54,616 nt of DNA from positions 1 to 54,616 of the forward strand of contig JBMFKU010000008.1 of assembly GCA_049971805.1 (NCBI GenBank). Direction: 5' to 3'. A program made the position numbers and the translations under genes. Source of the stretch: Caldisphaera sp. Its GTDB lineage: Archaea > Thermoproteota > Thermoprotei_A > Sulfolobales > Acidilobaceae. The notes below the pieces were generated by a model, which worked only from the letters and a program-made list of their open reading frames with translations, ran no database searches and was not told the DNA's origin. This document shows positions 1 to 10,367 of the stretch, one piece after another. The first letter of the stretch is position 1. Every line of letters starts with the position of its first letter.

Positions 1-459
1 TACATTTTTAACTTGGCTATAAAATGCGCTTTCCAATAAATAATATTTTGATTCTGAATTAGCTATTTGATAGACCAAATCTCTACCTGTTAACATAAAA
101 TTTAAGGGAACCAATACTCCTTTGGCTTTGTATGTGCCAAACATGGATATAGCAAAATAATCACTGTTAAAGGAATGCAATGCAACTCTATCATAATCGT
201 TTAAGCCATTTTCTATTAAAAAATTTGCAAACCTATTTGATAAAAGATCAAGATCTTTATAGGTATACCTTAATTCAATATCTTTATTGTAATAAACTAG
301 AGAAGTCTTTTCTGGATATTTATGGGAAGCAAACTTAGGAAAATCTGCTACGACCCATCTCATAATTTTATTGTATTTCTTCATTAATTTAATGGAATTT
401 TCTTCACTTAAATTAGAAACTAAGGAAGATAGATCATCATTTACATTATTTTTCCCCAC
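1..459 (-). CDS. Acyl-CoA synthetase / AMP-binding enzyme, 5' part (runs off window)
   Basis: Manual translation from GTG at 459 (SD GAGGTGA upstream): MGKNNVNDD...KYPEKTSLVY...ITYKDLDLLSNRFANFLIENGLNDYDRVALHSFNS...GVLVPLNFMLTGRDLVYQIANSESKY, a typical ANL-superfamily N-terminus; open to position 1. Confidence 0.8.
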   Translation of the reverse strand, partial: MGKNNVNDDLSSLVSNLSEENSIKLMKKYNKIMRWVVADFPKFASHKYPEKTSLVYYNKDIELRYTYKDLDLLSNRFANFLIENGLNDYDRVALHSFNSDYFAISMFGTYKAKGVLVPLNFMLTGRDLVYQIANSESKYYLLESAFYSQVKNV

Positions 460-721
460 TTTATTCACCTCTTACCGAATAAATAAAAAGTGTTTAAATA
501 TTTAACTGGCAAATATTTTACAAATTTTGTTCTAATTATCTATTTCTTTGCTATCTATTCCATCTAATTAGCAAAGTTTTTTGAAATAAGATAAGTCTTT
601 TCTATATATCAACAAACATTGCTTTGGATTATGAAGGGCTCGTGGATTTTTAAATTCTAATATGTTTTTGTTTAATAAATATATTAGGATTCAATTATTT
701 AATTTATCGTTAGTGATAAAC

Positions 722-1423
722 ATGCTTGAAAAAATATTTGTTGAAAGAATTAATAAGGAAGACAAAAAAGAAATAGAAGATTTAACTAGAAATACCTGGG
801 AGTGGGGAGATTATATAACAGAAGTATTTGATTCATGGTTGAATGATGGATTATTTTTAAAAGCAATTGATGAGAACAGAAAAATATTAGGAATAATACA
901 TGTAAGGATTTTTGAAGATTTTGCTTGGTTAGAAGGTATCAGAATTAAGAGCGATATAAGAAGAAGAGGACTTGGTAAATTCCTTACTCTTAAAGCAATG
1001 GAAAAATCCATAGCTAATATATTTAGGCTAATTGTAAATGAAAATAATTATTCTTCTATTAGATTGGTTACTTCATTAGGATTTAGAGAAATAGACAAAA
1101 TTTATTATATTCATAAAGAAAAGAAGGTAAAGGTAAATGAAATTATCAAAGATTATGGATTGAAAGAGGTTAATCAAAAATTAGATATAAAAGGTTATAT
1201 TAATAACTGGGTATGGTTTCCAATATCTAAATATAAAGGAAAGATATATTCTAATGATAATATGACATTGTTAGATACAGATCCTCCCTTTGCTATAAAA
1301 GGTATCTTAGATAATGCTAGTTTCTCAACAAATAATTTTATAGAAAATTCTGAATCATTTTTGGTCTTTGAATTAAAATTAAAAAGCAATGAAATATTTA
1401 ATATTTTACATGATTTCATTTAA
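722..1423 (+). CDS. GNAT family N-acetyltransferase
   Basis: WLEGIRIKSDIRRRGLGKFL acetyl-CoA motif and NYSSIRLVTSLGF; ATG 722 after GTGA preferred over 662. Confidence 0.8.
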   Translation: MLEKIFVERINKEDKKEIEDLTRNTWEWGDYITEVFDSWLNDGLFLKAIDENRKILGIIHVRIFEDFAWLEGIRIKSDIRRRGLGKFLTLKAMEKSIANIFRLIVNENNYSSIRLVTSLGFREIDKIYYIHKEKKVKVNEIIKDYGLKEVNQKLDIKGYINNWVWFPISKYKGKIYSNDNMTLLDTDPPFAIKGILDNASFSTNNFIENSESFLVFELKLKSNEIFNILHDFI

Positions 1424-1450
1424 AATATGGATTAAAATTTGGTGAAGATT

Positions 1451-1930
1451 ATGGAATAGGTAGCTTTAGTTAACGCTTTTATTTGACATCATTTAATCCT
1501 GTTAAAACTAGTAGAGCTGTTTTAACTAATAATGGAACATATGAAATTATTGATAATAATGAAAACCGGTAGTCCAATAGGTATTGTTAAAGAAAATGCA
1601 TTTGATAAAATAAGAAAAATAATGAGAGGATCAAGAACAGTAGACGAACAAAAGAAATTCTAAATTTAGCTCAAAACGAACTTGTTGCAAATGTGATTAC
1701 TTTGATAGGTTTTGTGAGTGTTGATGAAAAGACTTTAGCTGCGCTTTTAGAGTTAAGATCCGAGAAAAAGCTTAAAATAAGGGTATCTGTTTGTTTAAAG
1801 ATTGATATTATATATAAATCAAAAGAGAGTAAAAATGATGATTTTTAGCTATAAAAGGGGTTAAATTGTTTTCTGATGGTTCATTTGGTTTTAGAATAGC
1901 TTATTTATCATACCCATATAATGATGATAA
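1451..1930 (+). pseudogene. Degraded amidohydrolase-3 (YtcJ-like) gene
   Basis: SD GGTGA then ATG-GAA-TAG; fragments in several frames: VALVNAFI, TSFNPVKTSRAVLTNNG, GSPIGIVKENAFDKI, KKLKIRVSV, IKGVKLFSDGSFGFRIAYLSYPYNDD (cf. family motif GVKxFxDGSLGxRTAxLxxPY). Confidence 0.75.
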
Positions 1931-2013
1931 AAATTTTTAAAAAATCGACTTTTTCATTACTAACAATTTTAATTAATCTATAATTTTTTGATATTTTTAA
2001 TTTATATATTAAA

Positions 2014-3480
2014 TCATTTTTTTAATTTTATAATATTCTTGTATATGCTTTCAATAGCTTCTATAACTTTTTCATCTTCTTTAACCAACTCTGGCCATGG
2101 TCTACCATTTCTTTCTTCTGGAAGCTTTCTTGTTGCGTCTATCCCCAGTTTGCTCCCAAATGATGGAAAATCATTAGATGGATCTAAAGCATCGCTATGA
2201 GAATAAGGTAATATTAAAATATCTCTTTCTGGATTTGTATTGCTTGAAACAGACCATATAACTTTTCCCATATCATTAGGGTCTATATCCGAATCCACTA
2301 CAATAATGATTTTAGTTAATGATGATTGAGCTAAACCCCATAGAGCATTCATTACTTTTTTAGCTTGGCCGGGATATCTTTTTTTAATAGAAACTATAAG
2401 CATGCCTTGAAAAACCCCTTCGACTGGATAATTAATTTCCCATACTTCAGGCAATAAAAAATTTATTATTGGTTTGAATATTCTTTCAATGGCTTTTCCT
2501 AAAACAGCATCTTCTAAAGGGGGTAAACCAGTTACACTACCAAAATAAATGGGTTCACTTCTAAAATAAGCTTTGTTAATTTGAAATAATGGATATTTTT
2601 CTAATGGTTTATCATAATATCCCCAATGGTCACCAAACGGTCCTTCTTCCATCAATTCTTTAGTTTTAACAACTCCCTCTAAAACTATCTCAGAATTTGA
2701 TGGAACCATAATTCCATTATCTAGTTCATATAGTTCTATTCCCTTTCCTCTTATCATACCTGCAAACAAAGCTTTATCTATAGGATATGGTACAGGAGAA
2801 ACACCTGTTAGCATGGTACCTGGATCACTACCAATGACTATAGCAACCGGGATTTCTTCTTTCCCAGATTCTAGGGCATTCATATGAACTATGGAACCTC
2901 TTTTATGTATTTGCCAATGAATAACACCTCTTTTCCCATCTATTATCATGAACCTATATACGCCCATGTTTATTATCTTTTTTTCTTCATCCATTGTAAC
3001 TACAATAGGAAAGGTGCCATATCTTCCACCATCCTTAGGCCAAGTTTTAAAAAATGGAATTTTATCTAATGGATCTTCTTCCTTTTCCATAACATTTTCA
3101 GTAAAATACGCTTTAGATGTTTTCTTAGGTATATACGATGAAAGTTTCGCAATTTCTCCAAATGCTTTTACCTTGTCTAATAATCCTGAAGGTAAAGGAG
3201 AATTCACTGGTTCTAACAATCTCTCTCCAATTTCTTCCAATTTATTTACTGACAATGCCGATGATAATGTTGATAAATTAGGAAATAAATTTCCTGCAAT
3301 TCTCCATTTTTCAAAGCCTTTGATATTTTCAAATAATATAGAGGGACCTTTTGCATACATTACTTTTCTTAAAATTGCTGGTATTTCTAGTATAGGCGAA
3401 ACAGGATCTTTTACTCTAAACAGTTTTCCATTATATTCTAACCAATCTATGTAGCCTCTCAAATCTTTCAACGGATCCAT
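2014..3480 (-). CDS. ubiD: UbiD family (prFMN-dependent) decarboxylase
   Basis: WPKDGGRY, NMGVYR, EGPFGDHWGYY, SIKKRYPGQAK, DALDPS, GSKLGIDATRK; ATG 3480 follows GAGGTGA. Confidence 0.9.
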   Translation of the reverse strand: MDPLKDLRGYIDWLEYNGKLFRVKDPVSPILEIPAILRKVMYAKGPSILFENIKGFEKWRIAGNLFPNLSTLSSALSVNKLEEIGERLLEPVNSPLPSGLLDKVKAFGEIAKLSSYIPKKTSKAYFTENVMEKEEDPLDKIPFFKTWPKDGGRYGTFPIVVTMDEEKKIINMGVYRFMIIDGKRGVIHWQIHKRGSIVHMNALESGKEEIPVAIVIGSDPGTMLTGVSPVPYPIDKALFAGMIRGKGIELYELDNGIMVPSNSEIVLEGVVKTKELMEEGPFGDHWGYYDKPLEKYPLFQINKAYFRSEPIYFGSVTGLPPLEDAVLGKAIERIFKPIINFLLPEVWEINYPVEGVFQGMLIVSIKKRYPGQAKKVMNALWGLAQSSLTKIIIVVDSDIDPNDMGKVIWSVSSNTNPERDILILPYSHSDALDPSNDFPSFGSKLGIDATRKLPEERNGRPWPELVKEDEKVIEAIESIYKNIIKLKK

Positions 3481-3622
3481 ATATTTCACCTCAGTTTGTT
3501 TTCGTGTCATATTAACTAGGAAATTTTGTCATTTTTAAAATAGATACTAATTATAACTTTTCTTTTTAATATAGCTAATTAAAAGAAAAATATTAAATTT
3601 AATATTAAATATATTAATTCTA

Positions 3623-4849
3623 TCATGATATTCTGTTTTCTAGTATTTTATATCCAAAGGAATATGTATATTCAGTAATGTTTGGGGATGTTATTGTTAT
3701 TGTTGTTCCATTGCTTGCCAAATACTTAATCATCGTAACATTTCCTACACTATAATAAGCCTGCAATGCTATTAGATAATGGTTTAACTTTGCATTGGAT
3801 ACATTTGACAATATGCTTTCATTTGCCGTCTTATATAAATTCGTATAAGAGAAGTGTTCTATTATATATATTGTTACGTTTGCAGCCTCTTGAGCAGCCA
3901 ATACTCCAAGATATGTATCTGGAAACCATGGAGAATCTGATATACCTCTAACAACAATCCATGGTATTCCCAATTCTGCATTGACATAAGCAAATCCCAT
4001 TCCTTCGTTTTCACCAGCATCACTCTGGTATAAGGCATTTTGATCTTCTTGCCACACTAATGGTTCTGTCCATTGATTTGCTGAACCGATTACTCCTACA
4101 ATGACTTGTGATTTTACTAATCCAGTTAAAGAGTTATTACTTGATATGTTGGCTGCCGACAGATAACCAAGAGGTGCACTTTCTGCAAGTTGCACTAATC
4201 CAAGCGAAGCTGGTAAGGCTGCTACATATACATAATTTTCATCTATTGTTCCAGGGCCATAACCATAATAGGATGCATTCTGTAGAGTAGGACCTACTTC
4301 TCCATAACCTCCTATTATAGAATTATTGATCAAACTTTTATTATTGACTACCATTTCCACTCCTGTATAATCGCTTTGGAATCCTCTATTATGATAATGT
4401 ATCGATGATTTGTCAACTACATATGCTCCTATTACAACATCACCAGGTAAGACGTAAGGGTTTCTAGATCCAGCTGTTCCGCTTAATATATCGGCTATTA
4501 CATGGAAATGAGTGTCCATAATATATGTTGCCAACTCAGCAGCATACTCCTTTTCTCCGCTTCTGACATTAACAACATATTGGTTACCGATTTTTCCAAC
4601 ATAAAATGTGTATCCGCTAATATTTATTTCAGTAACATTTTTCATGGCGGCAAGTATTGGAGCCTGTTCCATTGCCATTGGGGTAACTATTCCAATAACT
4701 GGTTGAGAAAAGACATAGTTATTTGTGATCGTACTTGTATTTTTGCTAGATAAACTTTTATTTATATAATATTCATACCCGAAACCTATAAAACCTATAA
4801 TGCTTAAAATAATGAACACAACAGCCACATATTTAATCGCATTTGCCAT
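3623..4849 (-). CDS. Membrane-anchored/secreted MTA/SAH nucleosidase-like (PNP/UDP phosphorylase fold) protein
   Basis: N-terminal hydrophobic helix; PMAMEQ, SGTAGS, PGDVVI, GENEG, WIVVRGISD motifs; about 15 N-x-S/T sequons. Confidence 0.7.
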   Translation of the reverse strand: MANAIKYVAVVFIILSIIGFIGFGYEYYINKSLSSKNTSTITNNYVFSQPVIGIVTPMAMEQAPILAAMKNVTEINISGYTFYVGKIGNQYVVNVRSGEKEYAAELATYIMDTHFHVIADILSGTAGSRNPYVLPGDVVIGAYVVDKSSIHYHNRGFQSDYTGVEMVVNNKSLINNSIIGGYGEVGPTLQNASYYGYGPGTIDENYVYVAALPASLGLVQLAESAPLGYLSAANISSNNSLTGLVKSQVIVGVIGSANQWTEPLVWQEDQNALYQSDAGENEGMGFAYVNAELGIPWIVVRGISDSPWFPDTYLGVLAAQEAANVTIYIIEHFSYTNLYKTANESILSNVSNAKLNHYLIALQAYYSVGNVTMIKYLASNGTTITITSPNITEYTYSFGYKILENRIS

Positions 4850-5173
4850 ATTATTTCGCCGATTCAAGTTTAAATAAAGTTGTTTATAAATATTCTCATT
4901 TATTTTATATAAAATTTTACTTATCTAAGTAAAATGTTTTTTTGTGAAGTAATAATAGTTTATTTATTATAGTAAAATAAAATAATTACTATATTGAATG
5001 ATAAAGAATTTTATTACATACAAAAAATAAAAAATACAAATAATTTTTTAATCAAAGAATCAGGCTTAAAGAATTAAGAAAAATTAGAAATATGAAATCC
5101 TTGTTTTTATTTTATGGTTTAAGGATCATGTAAATATAAATTTTTTCTGTTTTTATTACAAATAGGTGAGTTA

Positions 5174-6061
5174 ATGAGTTCTATTATTCAGGAGGGATAT
5201 ATTAATATAAATAGTGTTCCTATTTATTATAAAAAGGTAGGTAATGGCTATAATATAATATTGACTTTACATGGAGGTCCTGGAGCATCTCATGACTATT
5301 TGCTTCCTTTAAAAAAATTAGCAGATTATGGATATACATTAATATTTTATGATCAATGTGGTTGTGGAAGATCGGGAGAAATGAATGATCTGGCAAAATG
5401 TGCCAATCTAGATTATTATGTTGAAGAGGTTGAAGAAGTGAGAAAAAGTTTAGCAAATAGTAAAAAAGTGATTTTATTGGGTCATTCTTGGGGTGGTTTA
5501 TTAGCATTAGGCTATGCAATAAGGTATCAAAAAAACCTTAAAGGTTTAATAGTTTCAAGCGGACTATCCGATGTACCTTTAACAGTAAAAGAAATGAGAA
5601 AGCTGTTAGATATGCTCCCTAAAGAGATTAAAGAGATAATTTATGACTGTGAGAAAAATAATGATTTTTCAAGCGAAAAATGCACAAATGCAGTCAACGA
5701 GTTCTATAAAAGACATTTGTTAAGGTTAGAAAAATATCCTCAGGAAGTAATAGAAAGTCTTAATTATTTGTCGAAAAGAAAAATATACTCATTGATGAAT
5801 GGTCCAACGGAGTTTGAAATAAATGGTACAATAAGGGATATTAATTTAACGGAGCAAATAAAAAATATTGATGTACCTACTCTAATAATTGTTGGAGAGT
5901 TTGATGAAGTTACCCCAAATGTAGCTAAGGTCATAAATGATAATATAAGAAATTCAAAAATGGTTATCATTCCTAATTCTTCTCACATGAATTTTTACGA
6001 AAATCCAGAGTATTATTTTAAAGTAGTTCTGAACTTTTTAAATGATATAAAAAATTATTAG
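5174..6061 (+). CDS. pip: Proline iminopeptidase (tricorn factor F1-like, alpha/beta hydrolase)
   Basis: LHGGPG, YDQCGCGRS, GHSWGG nucleophile elbow, MNGPTEF, GEFDEVTP, SSHM. Confidence 0.9.
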   Translation: MSSIIQEGYININSVPIYYKKVGNGYNIILTLHGGPGASHDYLLPLKKLADYGYTLIFYDQCGCGRSGEMNDLAKCANLDYYVEEVEEVRKSLANSKKVILLGHSWGGLLALGYAIRYQKNLKGLIVSSGLSDVPLTVKEMRKLLDMLPKEIKEIIYDCEKNNDFSSEKCTNAVNEFYKRHLLRLEKYPQEVIESLNYLSKRKIYSLMNGPTEFEINGTIRDINLTEQIKNIDVPTLIIVGEFDEVTPNVAKVINDNIRNSKMVIIPNSSHMNFYENPEYYFKVVLNFLNDIKNY

Positions 6062-6356
6062 GTAATTTAATGTTGTAAAATATAAATATTTAGATTTTTT
6101 TAATTTTGCTATAAAAGACAATTATAATGATAAGGTTTTATAGATGAGATATTGAAAGAAGGATCCATAATTTATAGAAGTTCTTAATGCAAAATTTGAA
6201 ATTAATGCCTGGAACCCAGAGTATCGATGTTTGGATAGCTATCTTAGAGAAGGAGAAGGGGATATAATTGCTTATTATGTTAAGATAATATTTTCTTTGA
6301 TTTTATATTGATTTGTTTATTATATTTTAAATAATTAATAAGAATTTAAACAAAAT

Positions 6357-6493
6357 ATTTTTATTAAAAATTTATAAGGTAATACAAATAAATAATAAAA
6401 TAGAATAAAGGCGGTACAATTGGTAATAGAAACACCTAGAAATATAATCAATGAAATTAGCAAAAATTTAACTAATTCATATAAATTAAATTT
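6357..6493 (+). repeat. 137-bp direct repeat, copy 1 (nurA promoter, SD and first 24 codons)
   Basis: Identical by eye to 7814-7950 (offset 1457). Confidence 0.95.
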
Positions 6494-7643
6494 CGATAAA
6501 AGAAAAATCCCTCTTACATTAAAAGATGTTATAATAAATGAAGAAAATGTGGCTCAAAATGAAGAACAAATACATGGCGAATTATTTGAAAAATCGTCAA
6601 GGTTTATAAATACAAAAAAGATTAAAGAAATAAAAAATTCATTCATAATTGGTATAGATTCTAGTAGCAGAGCTATAATAACACCTGCTGCTGATATAAT
6701 GATTTCTGCTGTTAGTGTTTCTGGTCAAGGTCCAGTGGAATTGTGTGATTGGCCTACCATATATCCAAATCTTCCTTGTAATATAATTAAACCAATTCCA
6801 TTTCTTTATATAGCATCTGATGATATATCCATCTCAGAAAGCGTTAGAGACAGTGTATTTCAGACCTCTTCATTAAATAATGAAGAAGAATTATCAAAAA
6901 TCATGGATTATTCAAGACTTAGACTTGAAACATGGGCTCTATATGAGCCATCCAAGGCTATTGGAGATTTTTATATTAATAATGATAAAAATTTTATCGT
7001 TTTATTAGACGGACCAGTTTATCTGCTAGAAGGAAAAAATGATGATATAAGATATAATTTAATGAAAGAAAGAGCTGAAGCTATAAATTCATTGGAAAAG
7101 AATAATATACCTGTAATAGGAGTTGTTAAGAGATTGGAAAGAAGCAAAATAATAAGTAAAATTAATAATGTCCAACAAATTATTAACAATTGTATAGGTA
7201 ATACATTTAATTATAATGATTCATTTATCATTCAGAAATTGTTATATTCTAGTTGCATAGAATTTAGTTATGGAAAGATTTATTCATCATTAAAGCTAAA
7301 GTTAAAATATAATGGTTTAGAAAAAATTGTTGAATATATTGCAATACCTCCAGGAAAATATCAATATAATTGGAATAGAGGAAGGATATTTAGATTAGAA
7401 TATACTGAAAATACTTATGAAATATTAAAAGAAAATGATATAGAACCCGCACAGGTTTTAGTTAATGACTCTATAATCAAGCAAGCCCTCGAACCTATAA
7501 CAATTGCACAAAGTGATAAAAGAAGCAAGATGATAACTCAAGTATTTAAAGATTTATTAATTAGTTCTATTATGGAAAGGCAATTACCAATTTCATATGA
7601 TTCATTTAGAGAGATTGAGGGAAAGATATTTAATAAATATTAA
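6420..7643 (+). CDS. nurA: NurA-domain nuclease
   Basis: IIGIDSS, RLRLETWAL, VLLDGPV, PVIGVVKRLERS, EPITIAQSDKRSK motifs; upstream of a HerA ATPase. Confidence 0.8.
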   Translation: MVIETPRNIINEISKNLTNSYKLNFDKRKIPLTLKDVIINEENVAQNEEQIHGELFEKSSRFINTKKIKEIKNSFIIGIDSSSRAIITPAADIMISAVSVSGQGPVELCDWPTIYPNLPCNIIKPIPFLYIASDDISISESVRDSVFQTSSLNNEEELSKIMDYSRLRLETWALYEPSKAIGDFYINNDKNFIVLLDGPVYLLEGKNDDIRYNLMKERAEAINSLEKNNIPVIGVVKRLERSKIISKINNVQQIINNCIGNTFNYNDSFIIQKLLYSSCIEFSYGKIYSSLKLKLKYNGLEKIVEYIAIPPGKYQYNWNRGRIFRLEYTENTYEILKENDIEPAQVLVNDSIIKQALEPITIAQSDKRSKMITQVFKDLLISSIMERQLPISYDSFREIEGKIFNKY

Positions 7644-7813
7644 AACAGTTTTAGTTTTATAGCATTATTATAATCGATAATTAATTTTCTAGTTTTTAAT
7701 AAAATATTTAATAATAGACTTACATTATGTGGAAGCAAGTTAAATAACATGAATGGAACTTTTAGAGGAAATAATATATATTTAATTAAATAGCTATTGT
7801 CCGTTTCGATGTA

Positions 7814-7950
7814 ATTTTTATTAAAAATTTATAAGGTAATACAAATAAATAATAAAATAGAATAAAGGCGGTACAATTGGTAATAGAAACACCTAGAAAT
7901 ATAATCAATGAAATTAGCAAAAATTTAACTAATTCATATAAATTAAATTT
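7814..7950 (+). repeat. 137-bp direct repeat, copy 2
   Basis: Identical by eye to 6357-6493. Confidence 0.95.
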
Positions 7951-8155
7951 AGTTGAAAATGAAAATCTTCTTTTTTACAAAATTGCTATAAAAAAGAAAA
8001 TATATAAGTTCTCTAGTTTTGATTCTGAAAAATCTTATGTTAAAGTTGGTTTCTTTGGAAATTATTTAGGGAAAATATTAAAGGTCTTATTGACCAATAA
8101 TAGCTTGATTATTGATAGAAATAATTTAAAATGGATTTCAAAGAGGCAGATATAA
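7877..8155 (+). CDS. Chimeric 92-aa ORF (24 aa identical to NurA N-terminus plus unrelated tail); possible remnant of a second NurA
   Basis: Starts inside repeat copy 2; stop is 1 nt before the herA ATG; YKFSSFDS resembles the first NurA acidic motif. Confidence 0.45.
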   Translation: MVIETPRNIINEISKNLTNSYKLNLVENENLLFYKIAIKKKIYKFSSFDSEKSYVKVGFFGNYLGKILKVLLTNNSLIIDRNNLKWISKRQI

Positions 8156-8156
8156 G

Positions 8157-10325
8157 ATGGACAACGAAGGCAATTTAAATCAACCGAATTTGGGATTAAA
8201 TTTTGAACAGCTAAAGAACTCTGAAGATGAAGTAGAAAAGTTAAAATTATTATTAAATAAAGCATATCAAGAAGCAGAAAAGAGAGGTAAGATAGTAGGA
8301 TGGGTATCTAGATTTGGGGAAGTTAGGGTAGAGGAGAACTCTAAGGTAGAATTTTATGTTGATCCAAATACCTATTATGCAAGTGAAGATGCACCATTTC
8401 ATAGAGTTGGAGATTATTTGGTTATAATAGATCCTAAAGATACAAGAATGGTTTTAATAAGGGTTAAAGGTATAGTAAGAAAAGACGAGTTGGCAGCTGT
8501 AGGAATCGAGCCTCCAATAAGCCCTATATTAAACTCAATAGAGCCCAGAGGTTTAATTACTGGTACCTTGGTTGAAGGAGAGCTTGTATTAGAAATGAAC
8601 AACAATGATAAAAAGCCGAGACCAGCAACAAAAAGTATTGAACCACAGTCGCCAGTTATAGATCCTATGCCTAATGTACTTACTAAATTATTGGATTTGC
8701 CTAATGATGGTATAATTATGGGCTCTTTATCAACTCCTTCTGGTTTAATTAAGGAGGGTAAAATACCAGTTAGGCTACCCGTTTCAGCATTATTTCATCA
8801 TTTATTAATATTGGGTACAACAGGAAGTGGAAAAACTACGTTGATAAAAAATATTATAGTAAGCCTCTATAATTTGGAAAAACACCCAGCAGCTGTAATT
8901 TTTGATCTAAATCAAGATTTTATTCAATTACCCATAAAAAATTCAATAAATCCCACACCAATTGAAGTTTATAATAATTGCTATAAAAATTTAGAAAAGA
9001 TTAATGGATTAGTAATAGTATTACCTATATCTATTGATATGCTTAGAGATAAGCTATCAAATAAGTCATACGTTAGAGAAGATGATATAATTAATGCTAT
9101 TAAAGGTATAATAGATGAATATTTCAAGGAAAGCTTTGAGCCTTTAATAGGATCAACAAAATCGAATATTACATATAAGTTTGAAAATAATACCATGATA
9201 TTTGAATTGATGAATCAACTTAACATAATAGTAATCCCATATTTTATTAATACAATGCTAACCAACACTGATAACTTAACTCCATTAATGCCTGGTTTAA
9301 CATCTTTAGGCAGGGATTTGATTAAGAAAATGAGAGAGAAATTTAAAAAGCAACATAACTATTATCCTCCAATGCATGCACTATACGGTGCTTTAGCGTT
9401 TTTTACGGAAAAGGCTTTATTAAAACAAAACAGATATGATAAAGATTATAATTATAATAGAAATGAAATTGAAGATAGTGATCTTTTACAGCTGTCAGAT
9501 TATATTATGCCTTACATTATTGCTAATAATAGTACAGAAGCAGGCATTAAAGCCTTGTTATCAACATACAAAATCAATGGAAAGGACTTTACACTATATG
9601 ATGCTATAAGTGAATATATAGAAATATTAGAAAAAGCGAAGTTTCATAGGGAAACCATTCAAGCACTATATAGAAGGATATCCTCTTTAATGGAAACTGA
9701 AGTTATAGATATATTAGTTTCAAAAGGTAATAGCTTGTATAGTTTAAGCGAACCTGATTGGTCTACTATTGTAAATATTGCTAGCGAAAGAAATGTGCCA
9801 GTTGTATTAGACTTAAAATGGGGTATGGAAGAAGCAGGGTTTGATGCATTAAGAGTTATAGCCTATAGAACTCTTGATAGATTAATTTCGTGGAAGCATA
9901 ACGCTTGGGCTCAAAGAATAGAAAGCCCTCATTTGATAGTAGTTATAGACGAGGCTCATCAATTTTTCCAAAATGAAAGCAAAGTAAAAGAGGAATTAGA
10001 AGCTATAAGGCAGGTATCGTCTATGATTTCAAAAATTGCTAGGCTTGGAAGGGCTAGGGGTGTAGGGTTGATATTTAGTACTCATGCACCGAATGATTTA
10101 AACGATATTATAACTCAATTAACAAATACGAAAATAATTCTTAGAACTGAAAAAAGCCAAATAGAAAAAATTTCAGTACCTAAGGATGTAATTGAATATT
10201 TACCTAGATTGCAGGATAGAATGATGCTTATAGAAAGCTTTGCTTTTAGAGAAGGATGTATTTTTGCTCAAACTACTACTCCATTAACAGCTCATTATGA
10301 TATATCTGCTAATCTAGAATATTAA
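8157..10325 (+). CDS. herA: HerA/FtsK-family ATPase (HAS-barrel plus DUF87-type)
   Basis: HHLLILGTTGSGKTT Walker A, LIVVIDEAHQF Walker B, ARLGRARGVGLIFSTH arginine finger, NTKIILR. Confidence 0.88.
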   Translation: MDNEGNLNQPNLGLNFEQLKNSEDEVEKLKLLLNKAYQEAEKRGKIVGWVSRFGEVRVEENSKVEFYVDPNTYYASEDAPFHRVGDYLVIIDPKDTRMVLIRVKGIVRKDELAAVGIEPPISPILNSIEPRGLITGTLVEGELVLEMNNNDKKPRPATKSIEPQSPVIDPMPNVLTKLLDLPNDGIIMGSLSTPSGLIKEGKIPVRLPVSALFHHLLILGTTGSGKTTLIKNIIVSLYNLEKHPAAVIFDLNQDFIQLPIKNSINPTPIEVYNNCYKNLEKINGLVIVLPISIDMLRDKLSNKSYVREDDIINAIKGIIDEYFKESFEPLIGSTKSNITYKFENNTMIFELMNQLNIIVIPYFINTMLTNTDNLTPLMPGLTSLGRDLIKKMREKFKKQHNYYPPMHALYGALAFFTEKALLKQNRYDKDYNYNRNEIEDSDLLQLSDYIMPYIIANNSTEAGIKALLSTYKINGKDFTLYDAISEYIEILEKAKFHRETIQALYRRISSLMETEVIDILVSKGNSLYSLSEPDWSTIVNIASERNVPVVLDLKWGMEEAGFDALRVIAYRTLDRLISWKHNAWAQRIESPHLIVVIDEAHQFFQNESKVKEELEAIRQVSSMISKIARLGRARGVGLIFSTHAPNDLNDIITQLTNTKIILRTEKSQIEKISVPKDVIEYLPRLQDRMMLIESFAFREGCIFAQTTTPLTAHYDISANLEY

Positions 10326-10367
10326 ATATATACTTTGTTTTTTAATTCAGAATAGGGTGTTAACAGA

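Noticed and set aside
6130-6300. Slightly GC-richer, coding-like patch between pip and nurA
   Set aside because: Possibly a gene relic, but no recognisable motif in any frame I read.
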